Assembly (NCBI GenBank): GCA_965250285.1
Contig: OZ252299.1
Span: forward strand, 4,768,001-4,832,000
Length of the DNA stretch: 64,000 nucleotides
Direction of reading: 5' to 3'
Origin: Myxococcota bacterium
GTDB lineage: Bacteria > Myxococcota_A > UBA9160 > UBA4427
Below the pieces are notes generated by a model. It saw only the letters and a program-made list of their open reading frames with translations. It was not told the origin of the DNA and did not search any database. Position numbers and translations under genes: made by a program. The number at the start of each line of letters is the position of its first letter. Position 1 is the stretch's first letter. This document shows, one piece after another, positions 17,433 through 27,670 of the stretch.

Positions 17433-18968
17433 GTGACGACGACCACCGACCCCACAACGCCGAGACCCGTTGGCGGCAGTCCGCCGAGCGCCTTCGCCGA
17501 GCTCGTCCTCGTGAGACTCTCGGGCGACCTCACCACGAAGGCCGACGCCACGCGCAAGCGCTTCGTCTCGCGGCTGATCAAGAACATCAAGGACGCGCTC
17601 AAGGCCGAGGACTGCCGATGCCGCGTCGATCGCACCCGCAATCGGCTCTACGTCTATACCGAGCGCCCGGGCATGGCCGACGTCGTGCGGACGGTGTTCG
17701 GCCTGCAGTCGGTCTCGGTCGTCGAAGCCCGCAGGTTTACCACGGTCGACGACATCGTCGACGCCGGTGCCGAGATCTTCCCCGACGTCGTGCGCGGGCA
17801 GCGTTTTGCGGTGCGCGCGCGCCGGGTCGGCGATCGCCGACACATCGATATCAGCACTGGCGAGATCGAGCGCGAGCTCGGTACGCGGCTGCTCGAGCAC
17901 GGTGCGGGCGTCAACCTGAAGCATCCTGACCGCACGGCGTTCGTCGAAGTCATGCCGGGCACCGCCTACTTCCACTCGGAGGCGATCCAGGGCGAGGGCG
18001 GCCTGCCGCTGGGCAGCGAGGGACGCGCGGTGTCGCTGGTTTCGGGGGGCTTCGACTCGCCCGTGGCGACGTGGCAGCTGCTGCGGCGCGGCGTCGCGCT
18101 CGACTACGTCTTCTGCAACCTGGGCGGGCGAACCCATCAGCTCGAGACGCTGCGAGTGATGAAGGTCGTCGCCGACCGCTGGTCGCACGGCGTGCGCCCG
18201 AAGTTCCACGCCATCGAATTCGAGGACGTCTCGGCCGAGATTCAGGAGAAGACCGCCACGCGCTACTGGCAGGTCATCCTGAAGCGCATGATGTACCGGG
18301 CTGCCGACGCGGTGGCGCAAGAGCATGGCGGTCTGGCGATCGTGACGGGTGAGGCGGTGGGGCAGGTCTCTTCGCAGACGCTCCAGAACCTCGCCGTCAT
18401 CGAGCGCGTCACGCACCTGCCCGTGCTGCGGCCGCTCGTCGGCTATAACAAGCAAGAGATCATCGCGCTCGCGCGGCACATCGGAACGCACGACCTCTCG
18501 AAGCAGGTCGGTGAGTACTGCGCCATGGTGCCGACGCGGCCAGCAACGCGGGCACTTCTCGACGATGTCGAGCGCGAAGAAGCGCGCATGGATCTCGGTC
18601 TGCTCGAACGCGCTGTCGTCGAACGCAGTGTGTTCGATCTGCGTGGCCTCGACCTCGCGCGGATGGACGCACCCGAGATCGCCACCGATGCCATTGACGC
18701 AGGCAGCACGGTGATCGACGTGCGGTCGAAGGCCGCGTATGACCGCTGGCACTGGCCCGACGCGCTCCACCTCGAATTCGGTCAGGCCCTGGCAGCGTAC
18801 CCCCACTTCGACGCGAGTCAGCGCTACGTCGTCTACTGCGAGTTCGGCCTCAAGAGCGCCCATCTCGCCGATCGCATGCGCGATGCGGGGCTCCACGCGC
18901 AGCATGTGACCGGCGGCGAGAAGGCGGTCCAGAAGCTCGAGCCGATGCGGCCGGCCGGCGCGCGCTAG
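17433..18968 (+). CDS. thiI: tRNA 4-thiouridine synthase with C-terminal rhodanese domain
   Basis: THUMP region; PP-loop SLVSGGFDS; GEAVGQVSSQTLQN; RPLVG; EYC; rhodanese YCEFGLKS. Confidence 0.93.
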   Translation: MTTTTDPTTPRPVGGSPPSAFAELVLVRLSGDLTTKADATRKRFVSRLIKNIKDALKAEDCRCRVDRTRNRLYVYTERPGMADVVRTVFGLQSVSVVEARRFTTVDDIVDAGAEIFPDVVRGQRFAVRARRVGDRRHIDISTGEIERELGTRLLEHGAGVNLKHPDRTAFVEVMPGTAYFHSEAIQGEGGLPLGSEGRAVSLVSGGFDSPVATWQLLRRGVALDYVFCNLGGRTHQLETLRVMKVVADRWSHGVRPKFHAIEFEDVSAEIQEKTATRYWQVILKRMMYRAADAVAQEHGGLAIVTGEAVGQVSSQTLQNLAVIERVTHLPVLRPLVGYNKQEIIALARHIGTHDLSKQVGEYCAMVPTRPATRALLDDVEREEARMDLGLLERAVVERSVFDLRGLDLARMDAPEIATDAIDAGSTVIDVRSKAAYDRWHWPDALHLEFGQALAAYPHFDASQRYVVYCEFGLKSAHLADRMRDAGLHAQHVTGGEKAVQKLEPMRPAGAR

Positions 18969-19720
18969 CTCGGCTCGTCGAGCCCGTCGAGCAGCTTCTC
19001 GAGTAGCTGCTCGCGCTCGGCGGGATCCATCGCACGCAACCGACGCATCTGCTCGCGACGCCGTTCGCGCTCTTCTTCGGACATCGAACGCCAGCGCTCG
19101 GCATTGCGATCGAACTGCTCACGCTCCTCTGGCGAGAGCTCCATCAGGTCGTCCAGGCGGCGGCGCAGCTCGACGCGCTCGGCTTCGTCGAGTGAGCGAT
19201 AGCGGCGCATGCTCGAGCGCAGCTCCTTGCGCTCGGCTGCCGAGAGCGAACGAAGCTTGCGATGCAGGGCCTGCCGCTCTGCGGGCGTCATGTCGCGCAC
19301 GTGCTGCCGCATCATGCGCCGCTCCTCGGCGGGCATGCGGCGCCAGGCCTCGGCGGTGCGGCGCACCTCGCGCCGACGCTCGCGCATCACCGCCCGCTCC
19401 TCGGGCGTCGCCTGCTCGGCGACACGGCGCCGCAGCTCGAGCATGCGTCGGCGCTCTTCGGGGCTCGCATCGCGGAAGCGGCGCAGGTTCTCGGCTCGCA
19501 TCCGGCGCCGCTCCTCGGGGCTCGCATCGCGAAAGCGCTGGAGGGTCCGCCGGGCCTCGGGATCACCGGTGGCGCGCGCCTCGGTCTCGGCAGATGACGT
19601 CGCCGAGCCGCCCTCGCCCTGCGCGGCACTCGAATCGGCCCGCGCGAACGTCGACGGCCATGCCGACGACATGATCAGGCTCGCGAAGAGCAGCGCGATG
19701 TAAAGACGACGCCAGAGCAT
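18965..19720 (-). CDS. Secreted helical-repeat protein (DUF3106-like)
   Basis: Signal peptide; repeated F/W-x-x-x-S/P-P-E-E-R units; follows the sigma/anti-sigma pair. Confidence 0.7.
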   Translation of the reverse strand: MLWRRLYIALLFASLIMSSAWPSTFARADSSAAQGEGGSATSSAETEARATGDPEARRTLQRFRDASPEERRRMRAENLRRFRDASPEERRRMLELRRRVAEQATPEERAVMRERRREVRRTAEAWRRMPAEERRMMRQHVRDMTPAERQALHRKLRSLSAAERKELRSSMRRYRSLDEAERVELRRRLDDLMELSPEEREQFDRNAERWRSMSEEERERRREQMRRLRAMDPAEREQLLEKLLDGLDEPS

Positions 19721-20376
19721 CAGATGCGTCCGTCGGCCTCCATGGCGTCGAGCAGCTCGAGCAAGTCGAGCTGCGCGATCACGTCGTAGTCGGTCAGCTG
19801 GTCGTACTCGATCGCGAGCGCCAGCTCTTCGTCGCTCGCGGCCTCGAGGTCGAGCTCGGTCTGCGTCCTCGCCTCGCCGGCGAGCTCGGGCTCGGGCTCG
19901 GGCTCGGGCTCGATCTGCGTCATCGCCTCGCCCGTGGTTTCGAACTCAGCCTCGCCTCCCGCATCGGCGATCTGCTCCCTCGGTGCATCCCCCTCGATCT
20001 CGATCGGCGGCGCGTCGTCGGCCACGCGCCGCGGCGCACGCTCGCCCGTCATCTCCCCGCTGCGCCCGATCCACAGCGCGAGCAGCACGGCGGCGGCGAT
20101 CGCCGCGGCGGCGCCGAGCATTCGGCGACCGAAGCGCGGGTGCACGTCGATCGGCACCGCCTCGCCGCCTGCACCTCCGCTGACCTCGGCCGCCGCGATC
20201 TTCGCATCGAGGCCGGCGCGCATGCGTGCCAGCTGCTCGGAGGCGACGGGTTCGTCTCGCAGCGCACGCACGCCTGCGTCGATCTCGCGCGCCTCGTCTG
20301 CGCTCACGTCGTGGGCGGAGTCGTCGGTCTCGGCTCGCCGGTCGTCCTGCGGCCCTGCGTCGTCGCGCTCGCTCAT
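19720..20376 (-). CDS. Putative single-pass anti-sigma factor
   Basis: ATGA overlap with the sigma stop; one TM; acidic C-terminus; in-frame (CTCGGG)4 giving EPEPEPEPE at 19885-19912. Confidence 0.65.
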   Translation of the reverse strand: MSERDDAGPQDDRRAETDDSAHDVSADEAREIDAGVRALRDEPVASEQLARMRAGLDAKIAAAEVSGGAGGEAVPIDVHPRFGRRMLGAAAAIAAAVLLALWIGRSGEMTGERAPRRVADDAPPIEIEGDAPREQIADAGGEAEFETTGEAMTQIEPEPEPEPELAGEARTQTELDLEAASDEELALAIEYDQLTDYDVIAQLDLLELLDAMEADGRI

Positions 20377-20936
20377 GCCACGCCTCCTCCCCCCTTCAGC
20401 CGACCGACGATGCTCGATCGGGCTCGGTGCACCAGCGCCTTCACCGACTTCTCGCTGGCCCCCAGCATCTCGGCCACCTCGCGGTGACTGCAGCCCTCGG
20501 CGGCCGACATCCACAGCGCCACGCGTTGGCGGTCGGGCAGCTCATCGAGGGCGCGAGCGAGCGCGGCGTGGGCCCGCCGGTCGTCGGTCAGTCGATCGGG
20601 GGATGGCGCCGGCGACGCCAAGGCGAGCGCATCGGCGTCTTCGTGACCGCGTGCCCGACGCGGCCGCTTCAGCTCGTTCAGCGCGAGATTCGTGGCGATG
20701 CGATAGAGGAAGGTCGAGAAGCGGGCGCGCGGTTCGTAGCGGTCGCGCGCGTCGTGCACACGCAGGAAGCTCTCCTGCACCAGCTCCTCGGCCGTCGCCG
20801 CGTCGCCCACCATCCTCTCCAGGTATCGCAACAGCGGCCCCGCCCAGCGCTCGAAGAGCTGGTCGAAGGCACCGGCGTCACCAGCGCAGAAGGCCAGCAT
20901 GCGGTCGACGTCGGGATCGCGAGGTTGCGGTTCCAT
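20373..20936 (-). CDS. ECF sigma-70 factor
   Basis: GDAGAFDQL, AEELVQESFLRV, FSTFLYRIATN, LPDRQRVAL, SVKALVHRAR. Confidence 0.93.
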   Translation of the reverse strand: MEPQPRDPDVDRMLAFCAGDAGAFDQLFERWAGPLLRYLERMVGDAATAEELVQESFLRVHDARDRYEPRARFSTFLYRIATNLALNELKRPRRARGHEDADALALASPAPSPDRLTDDRRAHAALARALDELPDRQRVALWMSAAEGCSHREVAEMLGASEKSVKALVHRARSSIVGRLKGGGGVA

Positions 20937-21012
20937 TGTCTCGTCTTCTCGAACACCCCGGCGCCAAGAAGGTTGCGCGCTGTCTGGGGCTATCGGGGAC
21001 GCGCTGACCCGC

Positions 21013-21837
21013 TCACAAGGCCCCGATTTCCTTCAGAAAATCGACGACCAGGCCGTTGAAGGCGTCGGCCTCTTCGATGTTGAGGATATGGCCGGCGCCG
21101 GCCAGCACCCGGTGTCGGGCGTCGGGCAGCTTGGCCGCCATCACCTCGGCCGCCTGGAAGTACGCCGCGTCGTCCTCACCGACCACGACGAGCGACGGGG
21201 CCGCGATGTCGGCCAGATCGTCGATCACCGACGGAGCGAGCCCCGCGACGTGGCGTCCGAACTCGGCCAGCCCATGTGCATCCTGGGCGACGAACGCGGC
21301 GCGCGCCGCCTGGGCGGCCGGCAGCTCGGGCCGTCGACCGATGCACGTCGAAGCGGCCTTGCCGTCGACGAACGCCTCGAGGCCACGCTCTTCGAGGTAC
21401 CGCGCGGTGCGTTCGCTCTGCTCCTTCCAGCGCGCGGCCGCCTCGGGCTTCTTGAAGCCCGGGCCACTGCCCGCCAGCACGAGGCCGCGGACCCGGTCGG
21501 GGTGGGCCACCGCAAAGTGCAACGACGCGAGGCCGCCAAACGACAGGCCGGCGAGCACCACTTTCTCTCCCGGTGCGACCGCATCGACCAGCTGGGCCAG
21601 ATCGCCGACCACGCGCTTCATCTCGAAGCCCGAGGCATCGGTGGGCACACCCGAGCGACCGTGGCCCCGGAAGTCCCACAGCACCACGCGTGCACCCGCG
21701 GCCGTGAGCGCCGGCACCTGGGGCAGCCAGTTCACGCGCGTCGTCGTGTACGCGCACGAGAACACGATGGCAGGGCCGGTGTCGCCGTGCACCTCGTAGT
21801 CAATCGGGGTTCCGTCGGCGGCGATCAGCTCGGGCAC
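21013..21837 (-). CDS. Alpha/beta hydrolase
   Basis: WDFRGHGRS, GLSFGG nucleophile elbow, GEDD, GAGHILN. Confidence 0.88.
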   Translation of the reverse strand: MPELIAADGTPIDYEVHGDTGPAIVFSCAYTTTRVNWLPQVPALTAAGARVVLWDFRGHGRSGVPTDASGFEMKRVVGDLAQLVDAVAPGEKVVLAGLSFGGLASLHFAVAHPDRVRGLVLAGSGPGFKKPEAAARWKEQSERTARYLEERGLEAFVDGKAASTCIGRRPELPAAQAARAAFVAQDAHGLAEFGRHVAGLAPSVIDDLADIAAPSLVVVGEDDAAYFQAAEVMAAKLPDARHRVLAGAGHILNIEEADAFNGLVVDFLKEIGAL

Positions 21838-21939
21838 GGGGCGCTCCAGCGGGTGTCGGGTGTCGCCGACACGCGTTCGACTCGCACTCGACGAGTCAGG
21901 AAGAAAGAGAGAGAAGGCGGTCGGATGCGGCGAGTCGCG

Positions 21940-22362
21940 TCAGTCGCTTGCGGCGAGCTTCGCCTCGAGCGCCTCGGTCATCTCGTCGATCTGGTCCTCC
22001 ATCGGACCCTTGATCGTGAACTCGGGCACGAGCCGTTTGGTGGCGCCCTCGAGGTGAAGGACGACACGGCAGGTATCGCCGAGATCCTCGAGCTCGACCT
22101 GGCCGGCGAGCGACTTCCAGACGTTGCCGTCGCAGACCTTCTCGAAGCGGATGCCCCCATCCATCTGGTAGTCGATGTGGAAGGTCGCGGTGCCCTCGCG
22201 GCCGAGCGCGGTGTATCGCGTGCGGGTGGTGATGCGATCGCCCGAGCGATCGACCACCTCGGTCTCACCGGGGAACAGCGAGACCAGCGTGTCTTCGTGA
22301 CCGAGGGCGTCGCTCACGCGGTCGAACGATCGCGGGGCGGTGAAGCTGCGCTCCATCTTCAT
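21940..22362 (-). CDS. Hypothetical protein, probable SRPBCC/START fold
   Basis: ATG 22362 after GGAGG; 140 aa with beta-strand-like pattern and a C-terminal helix. Confidence 0.6.
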   Translation of the reverse strand: MKMERSFTAPRSFDRVSDALGHEDTLVSLFPGETEVVDRSGDRITTRTRYTALGREGTATFHIDYQMDGGIRFEKVCDGNVWKSLAGQVELEDLGDTCRVVLHLEGATKRLVPEFTIKGPMEDQIDEMTEALEAKLAASD

Positions 22363-22483
22363 CGCGGTCCTCCTTCCAGGCGGTCCCCGTCGCGGCGGTC
22401 CCCTGCATCGCGGTCCTCGTTGGCGCCGCCTGGCCGGGCGACGTGGGCAAGCTACCCGATCCCGGCCCGCGCCGGGGCCAGCA

Positions 22484-24190
22484 CTAGCGAATGTCGACCA
22501 GCACGGGCGGCACCAGCAGCGGGTGGCCGGCGGGCAGCTGACGGACGATGGACTCGAGCGTGCGGACCGATTCGGGCCAGGGCAGCGCACCGAAGGCCCA
22601 CGCCGTCGCCCGGGTGCGTGTCAGCTCGACGAGCTGCTCGCTGAACGTGAGCGGCGCGGGGAAGAGCCGCAGAACGGCGTCGTCGGTCTCGGCCAGACCG
22701 AGCTCACGCTTCACCAGCTGGACGGCGGCATGCAGACCGCCGAGCTCGTCGACGAGCCCGCGCTCGTAGGCCTGTCGACCCGTCCAGACCCGCCCCTGCG
22801 CGATCTCGTCCACCTGCTGCGTCGACATGTCGCGGCTCTCCGACACGCGCGTGAGAAAGAGCGCGTAGGTCTGCATCACCGAACGGTCGAGGATCGCCTG
22901 AGCGCCGGGCGAGAGCGGCTGCCCCGAGAGCAGGAAGTCGGCGTTCTCGCCGCGGGTGAGCGGCACCATCGTGATTCCCGCCTTGGCGAGCGTGTCCCCG
23001 AGCGCGGGGCGCAGCGCAAAGACGCCGATCGAGCCGGTGAGCGTGTTCGCGCCCGAGACGATGTAGTCGGCACCCGTCGCTGCGTAGTAGCCGCCTGAAG
23101 CGGCGACATCGGAGAACGACGCGATGAGCGGCTTGCCGCGCTCGCGCGCGCGCGTCATCGCGTCGTGGATCTGTTCGGACGCGAGCGCCGAGCCGCCGGG
23201 GCTGTCGATCCGCAGGATGATCGCGTCGATGTCGTCGTTCTCGGCCGCGTCGAGGATCGCCTCGCTCGCGGTGCGCGCCGCAAAGACCATGTCACTGCTG
23301 CGGCCGGCCTCGCCTTCGACGACGTTGCCGGTGCCATAGATGAGCGCGATCTCGGCCTTCGCGTCGATGCCCACGTCATCGAGCGTCACCCCCGCGAAGG
23401 TGTGCTGTGACACCACGTTGCCGCCGATCGTGTCGAGCAGCGTCTTGAGATGCCCCACCCCATCGACGAGACCCCGCGCCTGCAGCTCTTCGGGCAGGAT
23501 CAAGCCCTCGTCGACCATGCCGCGCACGGTCGCCACATCGAGGCCCCGCCCCTCGGCGATGGCGGTGAGAAACGTTCCGTTCAGATCGTCGAGCAACGAG
23601 TCAGCCATCTCGCGGGCCGGGTCGGACATGCCGGTCCCCGTGTACGACTCGACCGCGCTCTTGTACTTGCCGACGCGCGCCACGTCCCACTGGACGCCGA
23701 GCTTCTCGAAGAGCCCACCGAGAAAGAGGTACTCGGCCGCGAGCCCGACGATCGGCACAGAGCCTCCGGGCACGACGTGGATCTCATCGGCCGCGGTCGC
23801 GAGGTAGTACTCGCGACCGGCATTGAACGCAGCGAGATCGAGGTAGGCCGTCGTCGGCTTGCCGGCTTCGCGGAGGCGACCGATGGCATCGCGCAGCTCG
23901 TCGACCTTGGCCCAGCCGATGCCGAGGCGACGGATCACGATCACGACCCGCTCGATCCGATCGTCGCGAATCGCGAGATTGAACTGCGAGCCGAGCTGCG
24001 TGAACGAGCTGCGTCCATCCCCGAGCAGGCGATCGAACAGCGGCGCCTGGGCGCCCTCGACGTACGAGCCTTCGAGCTCGAGCACCAACGTGCTGCCCGG
24101 CTCGATCTCGACCGGCGGCGGATCGGCGAAGACGATCGACAGCACGAAGAGGCCGAGCAGGATGAGCAGCAGAATACGCAGACGCTTCAT
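22484..24190 (-). CDS. sppA: Signal peptide peptidase SppA (67K type)
   Basis: RVGKYKSAVE, LRIDSPGGSALAS, DVAASGGYY, TGSIGV, AQGRVWTG. Confidence 0.93.
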   Translation of the reverse strand: MKRLRILLLILLGLFVLSIVFADPPPVEIEPGSTLVLELEGSYVEGAQAPLFDRLLGDGRSSFTQLGSQFNLAIRDDRIERVVIVIRRLGIGWAKVDELRDAIGRLREAGKPTTAYLDLAAFNAGREYYLATAADEIHVVPGGSVPIVGLAAEYLFLGGLFEKLGVQWDVARVGKYKSAVESYTGTGMSDPAREMADSLLDDLNGTFLTAIAEGRGLDVATVRGMVDEGLILPEELQARGLVDGVGHLKTLLDTIGGNVVSQHTFAGVTLDDVGIDAKAEIALIYGTGNVVEGEAGRSSDMVFAARTASEAILDAAENDDIDAIILRIDSPGGSALASEQIHDAMTRARERGKPLIASFSDVAASGGYYAATGADYIVSGANTLTGSIGVFALRPALGDTLAKAGITMVPLTRGENADFLLSGQPLSPGAQAILDRSVMQTYALFLTRVSESRDMSTQQVDEIAQGRVWTGRQAYERGLVDELGGLHAAVQLVKRELGLAETDDAVLRLFPAPLTFSEQLVELTRTRATAWAFGALPWPESVRTLESIVRQLPAGHPLLVPPVLVDIR

Positions 24191-24348
24191 TTCGAGATCC
24201 CTCTGCCGGCCGGCGGACCGACCCAATCACGTGCGAGTGCCGCGAAGCTACCACTTCCCGCACGCCGACCGCGGCGCACGGCTGACGTATGATCGCGAGG
24301 GGGGCGCGCACCGCGTCCCAGGGTGTGCACGCATCGAAAGGAGGCGCC

Positions 24349-24768
24349 ATGAGCCCCGAAGATCTCGTCCAGATCGAGGCGATCAAGCAGCTGAAGGCCC
24401 GCTACTTCCGCTTGATGGACACCAAGGACTGGGATGCCTGGGAGCACGTCTTCACCGACGACGCGAGCCTGCGCTGGGGCCCCGAGCCCGATCAGATCAT
24501 GCACGGTCGGCCCACGATTCGGGCCGGCGTGTCGGGCTCACTCGAGGGGGCCGTGACGGTGCACCACGGCCACATGCCCGAGATCGAGCTGACCGGGTCG
24601 GATACGGCGAAGGGCATCTGGGCGATGTTCGATCGCGTCGACCACCCCGAGTACCTGCTGATCGGGCTCGGGCACTACCACGAGACCTACCGCAAGGAAG
24701 CCGGCGACTGGCGGATCGAGACACTCGTGCTGACGCGTCTCTACGAGGAGCGGACGCCCAAGGACTGA
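24349..24768 (+). CDS. SnoaL-like/NTF2 protein (BaiE-like dehydratase family)
   Basis: IKQLKARYFRLMDTKDW, HHGHMPEI, GHYHETY; AAGGAGG RBS. Confidence 0.85.
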   Translation: MSPEDLVQIEAIKQLKARYFRLMDTKDWDAWEHVFTDDASLRWGPEPDQIMHGRPTIRAGVSGSLEGAVTVHHGHMPEIELTGSDTAKGIWAMFDRVDHPEYLLIGLGHYHETYRKEAGDWRIETLVLTRLYEERTPKD

Positions 24769-24864
24769 TCGCGGTGCCGATGCGCGCGAGGCCGTGACGC
24801 GCCGCGGTGTCGCCCGCCTCGCCGCGCCGACCTACTCTGTTTGCACCGCGCCACGGAGGGGTCC

Positions 24865-25236
24865 GTGCCGTTCGAGTACGAGTTCCGCACAGAGCTGCGC
24901 CAGCTGCGCATCCGTTGGTCGGGCGACGTCGACGACGCCGACCTGTTGACCGCCGATCAGGAGCTGCGCGCGCACCCCGAGTTCGACCCCGACTTCGACG
25001 TCCTGGTCGACTTCAGCGCCGCATCCTCACGCGAGGTCTCGCGCTCGGGCATCCTGCAGGTCGTGGCCCGGCCGCCGGCGATGTCGTCGAAGAGTCGTCG
25101 CGTGTTCGTGGTCTCGGACGATCTCGGCTTCGGCCTCGGGCGCATGTTCGAGCAGCTGCGGGGCGTCGATACCGGCGAGACGCTGATCTGCCGCGACCTC
25201 GGTGAAGCCGAGCGCTGGCTGGCGCGTGAAGACTAG
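24865..25236 (+). CDS. Small SpoIIAA/STAS-like hypothetical protein
   Basis: GTG after GGAGG; VLVDFS, FGLGRMFE, EAERWL pattern. Confidence 0.7.
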   Translation: MPFEYEFRTELRQLRIRWSGDVDDADLLTADQELRAHPEFDPDFDVLVDFSAASSREVSRSGILQVVARPPAMSSKSRRVFVVSDDLGFGLGRMFEQLRGVDTGETLICRDLGEAERWLARED

Positions 25237-25274
25237 GTCGCCGAGGCGTGGCTCGATCGACGCCCGGGCATGAT

Positions 25275-25577
25275 TCAGAAGACGGGGCCCGACTCGCTGA
25301 CCTGGTGCTTGGTGACCTCCATGCCGGTCATGCCGAGGCCCCCCATCTTGCCCGTGAACGTCTTCATGTGCGGCGCAGCGAAGTGCGCGTCGAGCGCGCC
25401 CTGATCTTCCCACTGCTCGATCACGCGCAGGACGCCGTCTTCGACCAGATCCCACGTGAACGCGTACTCGACGTTGCCGGCCTCGGCCCGCGTCGCCTCC
25501 ATCATCTCGATGGCGGCGGCCGTCGCTTCTTCTTTCTTGGCGGGATCGAGGGTGATCTTGCCTGCGATCAGGATCAT
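25275..25577 (-). CDS. ABM-family (putative quinol) monooxygenase
   Basis: TRAEAGNVEY, EQWEDQGALDAHFAAPH; GGAG RBS. Confidence 0.88.
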   Translation of the reverse strand: MILIAGKITLDPAKKEEATAAAIEMMEATRAEAGNVEYAFTWDLVEDGVLRVIEQWEDQGALDAHFAAPHMKTFTGKMGGLGMTGMEVTKHQVSESGPVF

Positions 25578-25638
25578 CGGTGGGCTCCTCGCGACCGCTC
25601 GGGTCGCGCACGGTGGGAGGGCCGGTCGAGTGGGTGCG

Positions 25639-26838
25639 TCACCGCTCGGGCGTGAACTCGACCGGCAGATGCAGGAACCCGCGCACGAAGGATGACGGGG
25701 GGTAATCGGGCTCGTGGCCTTCGGGCACGTGCATGTCGGGCAGGCGCCGAAAGAGCTCTTCGTACAACACCCGGATCTGGGTGCGGGCAAGGCTCGCGCC
25801 CAGACAGAAATGCACGCCGATCCCGAAGGCCAGGTGCGGGTTCTTTTCGCGCGTCACGTCGAGGCGCTCGGGCTCTTCGAACACGCGGTCGTCGAAGTTG
25901 GCGGCCGGGTAGAGCAGCACGACCTGGTCGCCTTCGCGAATCGTCTGGCCGTGCATCTCGGTGTCGCGCTTCGCCGTTCGCCGCATGTTGAGGATCGGCG
26001 TGTGCCAGCGAATCAACTCTTCGACCGCGCCGGGCAGTCGCGACGGGTCGTCGATCAGCAGCTTCCTCTGGTCGGGGTACCGCGACAAGAGCTCCATCGT
26101 GCCGCCGATGACGTTGCGACTGGTCTCGCTGCCACCCACCAGCAACAGCAGAGTTTCGTGGATCAACTCGTCGTCGGTGAGTCGCTCGCCGTCGACCTCG
26201 GCGTTCACCAGAATGCTGATCAGGTCGTCGCCGGGCTCACTGCGTTTTCGCTCGCAGAGTGCCCGCGTGTACTCGGAGTAGTCGAGAAACGCCTGTGTGA
26301 GTTCGCCGATCGTCGTCTCGTCGACGGCGTCGCTGCCGAGCGTCATGACGTCCGACCAGTGACCCAGCCGATCGAGGTCTTCATGGGGCACGCCGAGGAA
26401 CTGCCCGATCATCTCGAGCGGCAGCCGGGCTGCGATGTCGACGACGAAGTCGCACTCGCCCTGCTTCGCGACCCCATCGATCAGCCGCGTCGCGATCGCG
26501 CGAATCTGGTCGCCGCGCATCGAGAGCTGCCGAGGCGTGAAGCCCTTCGAAACGAAGCGACGAAGCACGCCGTGATGAGGCTCGTCCTGGTTGATCATCG
26601 ACGGGTTGGTCGGGATGTTCGGTCGGCTGCCCTGGGCGCTCGAGAACGTGTCGGTCTGCTTCGAGACCGCGACGACGTCTTCATGGCGCGATACGCACCA
26701 CAGCTCGGCCTTCGGGTCCCAGTGCAGCGGCGACTCGTCGCGCAGAAACCGGTAGATGTCGAAGCTGGCTTCGGTGGGCGTCGCGAAGAGGTCGCGATCG
26801 AGGACGTTCAGGCTTGCGTCGAGGGGGGGCGCCGGCAT
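25639..26838 (-). CDS. Cytochrome P450 (resembles CYP125/142-type lipid/sterol oxidases)
   Basis: GGSETSRN I-helix, EELIR, HLAFGIGVHFCLG heme motif. Subfamily is inference. Confidence 0.92.
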   Translation of the reverse strand: MPAPPLDASLNVLDRDLFATPTEASFDIYRFLRDESPLHWDPKAELWCVSRHEDVVAVSKQTDTFSSAQGSRPNIPTNPSMINQDEPHHGVLRRFVSKGFTPRQLSMRGDQIRAIATRLIDGVAKQGECDFVVDIAARLPLEMIGQFLGVPHEDLDRLGHWSDVMTLGSDAVDETTIGELTQAFLDYSEYTRALCERKRSEPGDDLISILVNAEVDGERLTDDELIHETLLLLVGGSETSRNVIGGTMELLSRYPDQRKLLIDDPSRLPGAVEELIRWHTPILNMRRTAKRDTEMHGQTIREGDQVVLLYPAANFDDRVFEEPERLDVTREKNPHLAFGIGVHFCLGASLARTQIRVLYEELFRRLPDMHVPEGHEPDYPPSSFVRGFLHLPVEFTPER

Positions 26839-26932
26839 TCGATCACTCTACCGCACGCGCTCGCGGTGGGCGCTCAGCAGCACAGGGGGCGACGACGCGG
26901 CCCGACTCGCGAGCCACGACCGCGGGGGCAGA

Positions 26933-27427
26933 CTAGCCGTCCACGCTCGTGCGCAGCCGCGCCCCGACCACCTCGTCCGGTGAGCAGACCGAGGCAAGGA
27001 TCGAGTCGAAGATCGGCTCGAAGCGCGGCCACAGCGTGCACTCCGCGCTCGCCGTCAGATGCAGGTTTGCGTCGGGCGAAGCGGCCCACAGCATGTCTCG
27101 CTGAGTCAGGACGAGATCGTCGTGCAGCGCGTCATACTCGACGCTCGCCACCTCACCGCCCGACGGCCGGCTCGCGACACCGCGGCGCCGCACGTGCAGC
27201 CCGCGCTGGGTCTCGGCCAGGGTCGCGCAGAGTCGGTCGAGCGAACTCGTCAGGGAGCGGCCCGCGTCGCGCGGAACGAGCTCGAACATGACGTTCGCCC
27301 GCCAGCCGCGCTCGACTTTCGGGTGCATCGCGATCAGGCCGCGCAGGCCCGGGACGGGCTCGACGACCCACTCGGCGGGGCAGGTGAAGACGACGTCGCA
27401 CAGACGGTGAGTCACGATCTCGGGCAT
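26933..27427 (-). CDS. Hypothetical protein, possible DcrB/PsbP-like fold
   Basis: FTCPAEW, RANV, LTASA, FDSILAS pattern; the upstream part of the 500-aa ORF is antisense to the kinase and was discarded. Confidence 0.55.
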   Translation of the reverse strand: MPEIVTHRLCDVVFTCPAEWVVEPVPGLRGLIAMHPKVERGWRANVMFELVPRDAGRSLTSSLDRLCATLAETQRGLHVRRRGVASRPSGGEVASVEYDALHDDLVLTQRDMLWAASPDANLHLTASAECTLWPRFEPIFDSILASVCSPDEVVGARLRTSVDG

Positions 27428-27670
27428 GGGGGGCGGGGAACTCCAGAAGCCAGGTCTCACACGAGTCTCGGCGTCGTCGAGGCTCGGCTTGAGATCGAGC
27501 CGACGCGATCTCACGCGGCGCCCACCCGAAGCGGCGGCGATTCCGCTCCCCCGGCAGCGTGCCGTCCCGACGGAACGTGCTGCGCATCCAGGCGCGCTTG
27601 GCCCCGGTCGCTGGGCGAGGCAGCGTGCTGACGTCGACACATCAAGGCAGGCCCCCGCGACGCCGATTCG

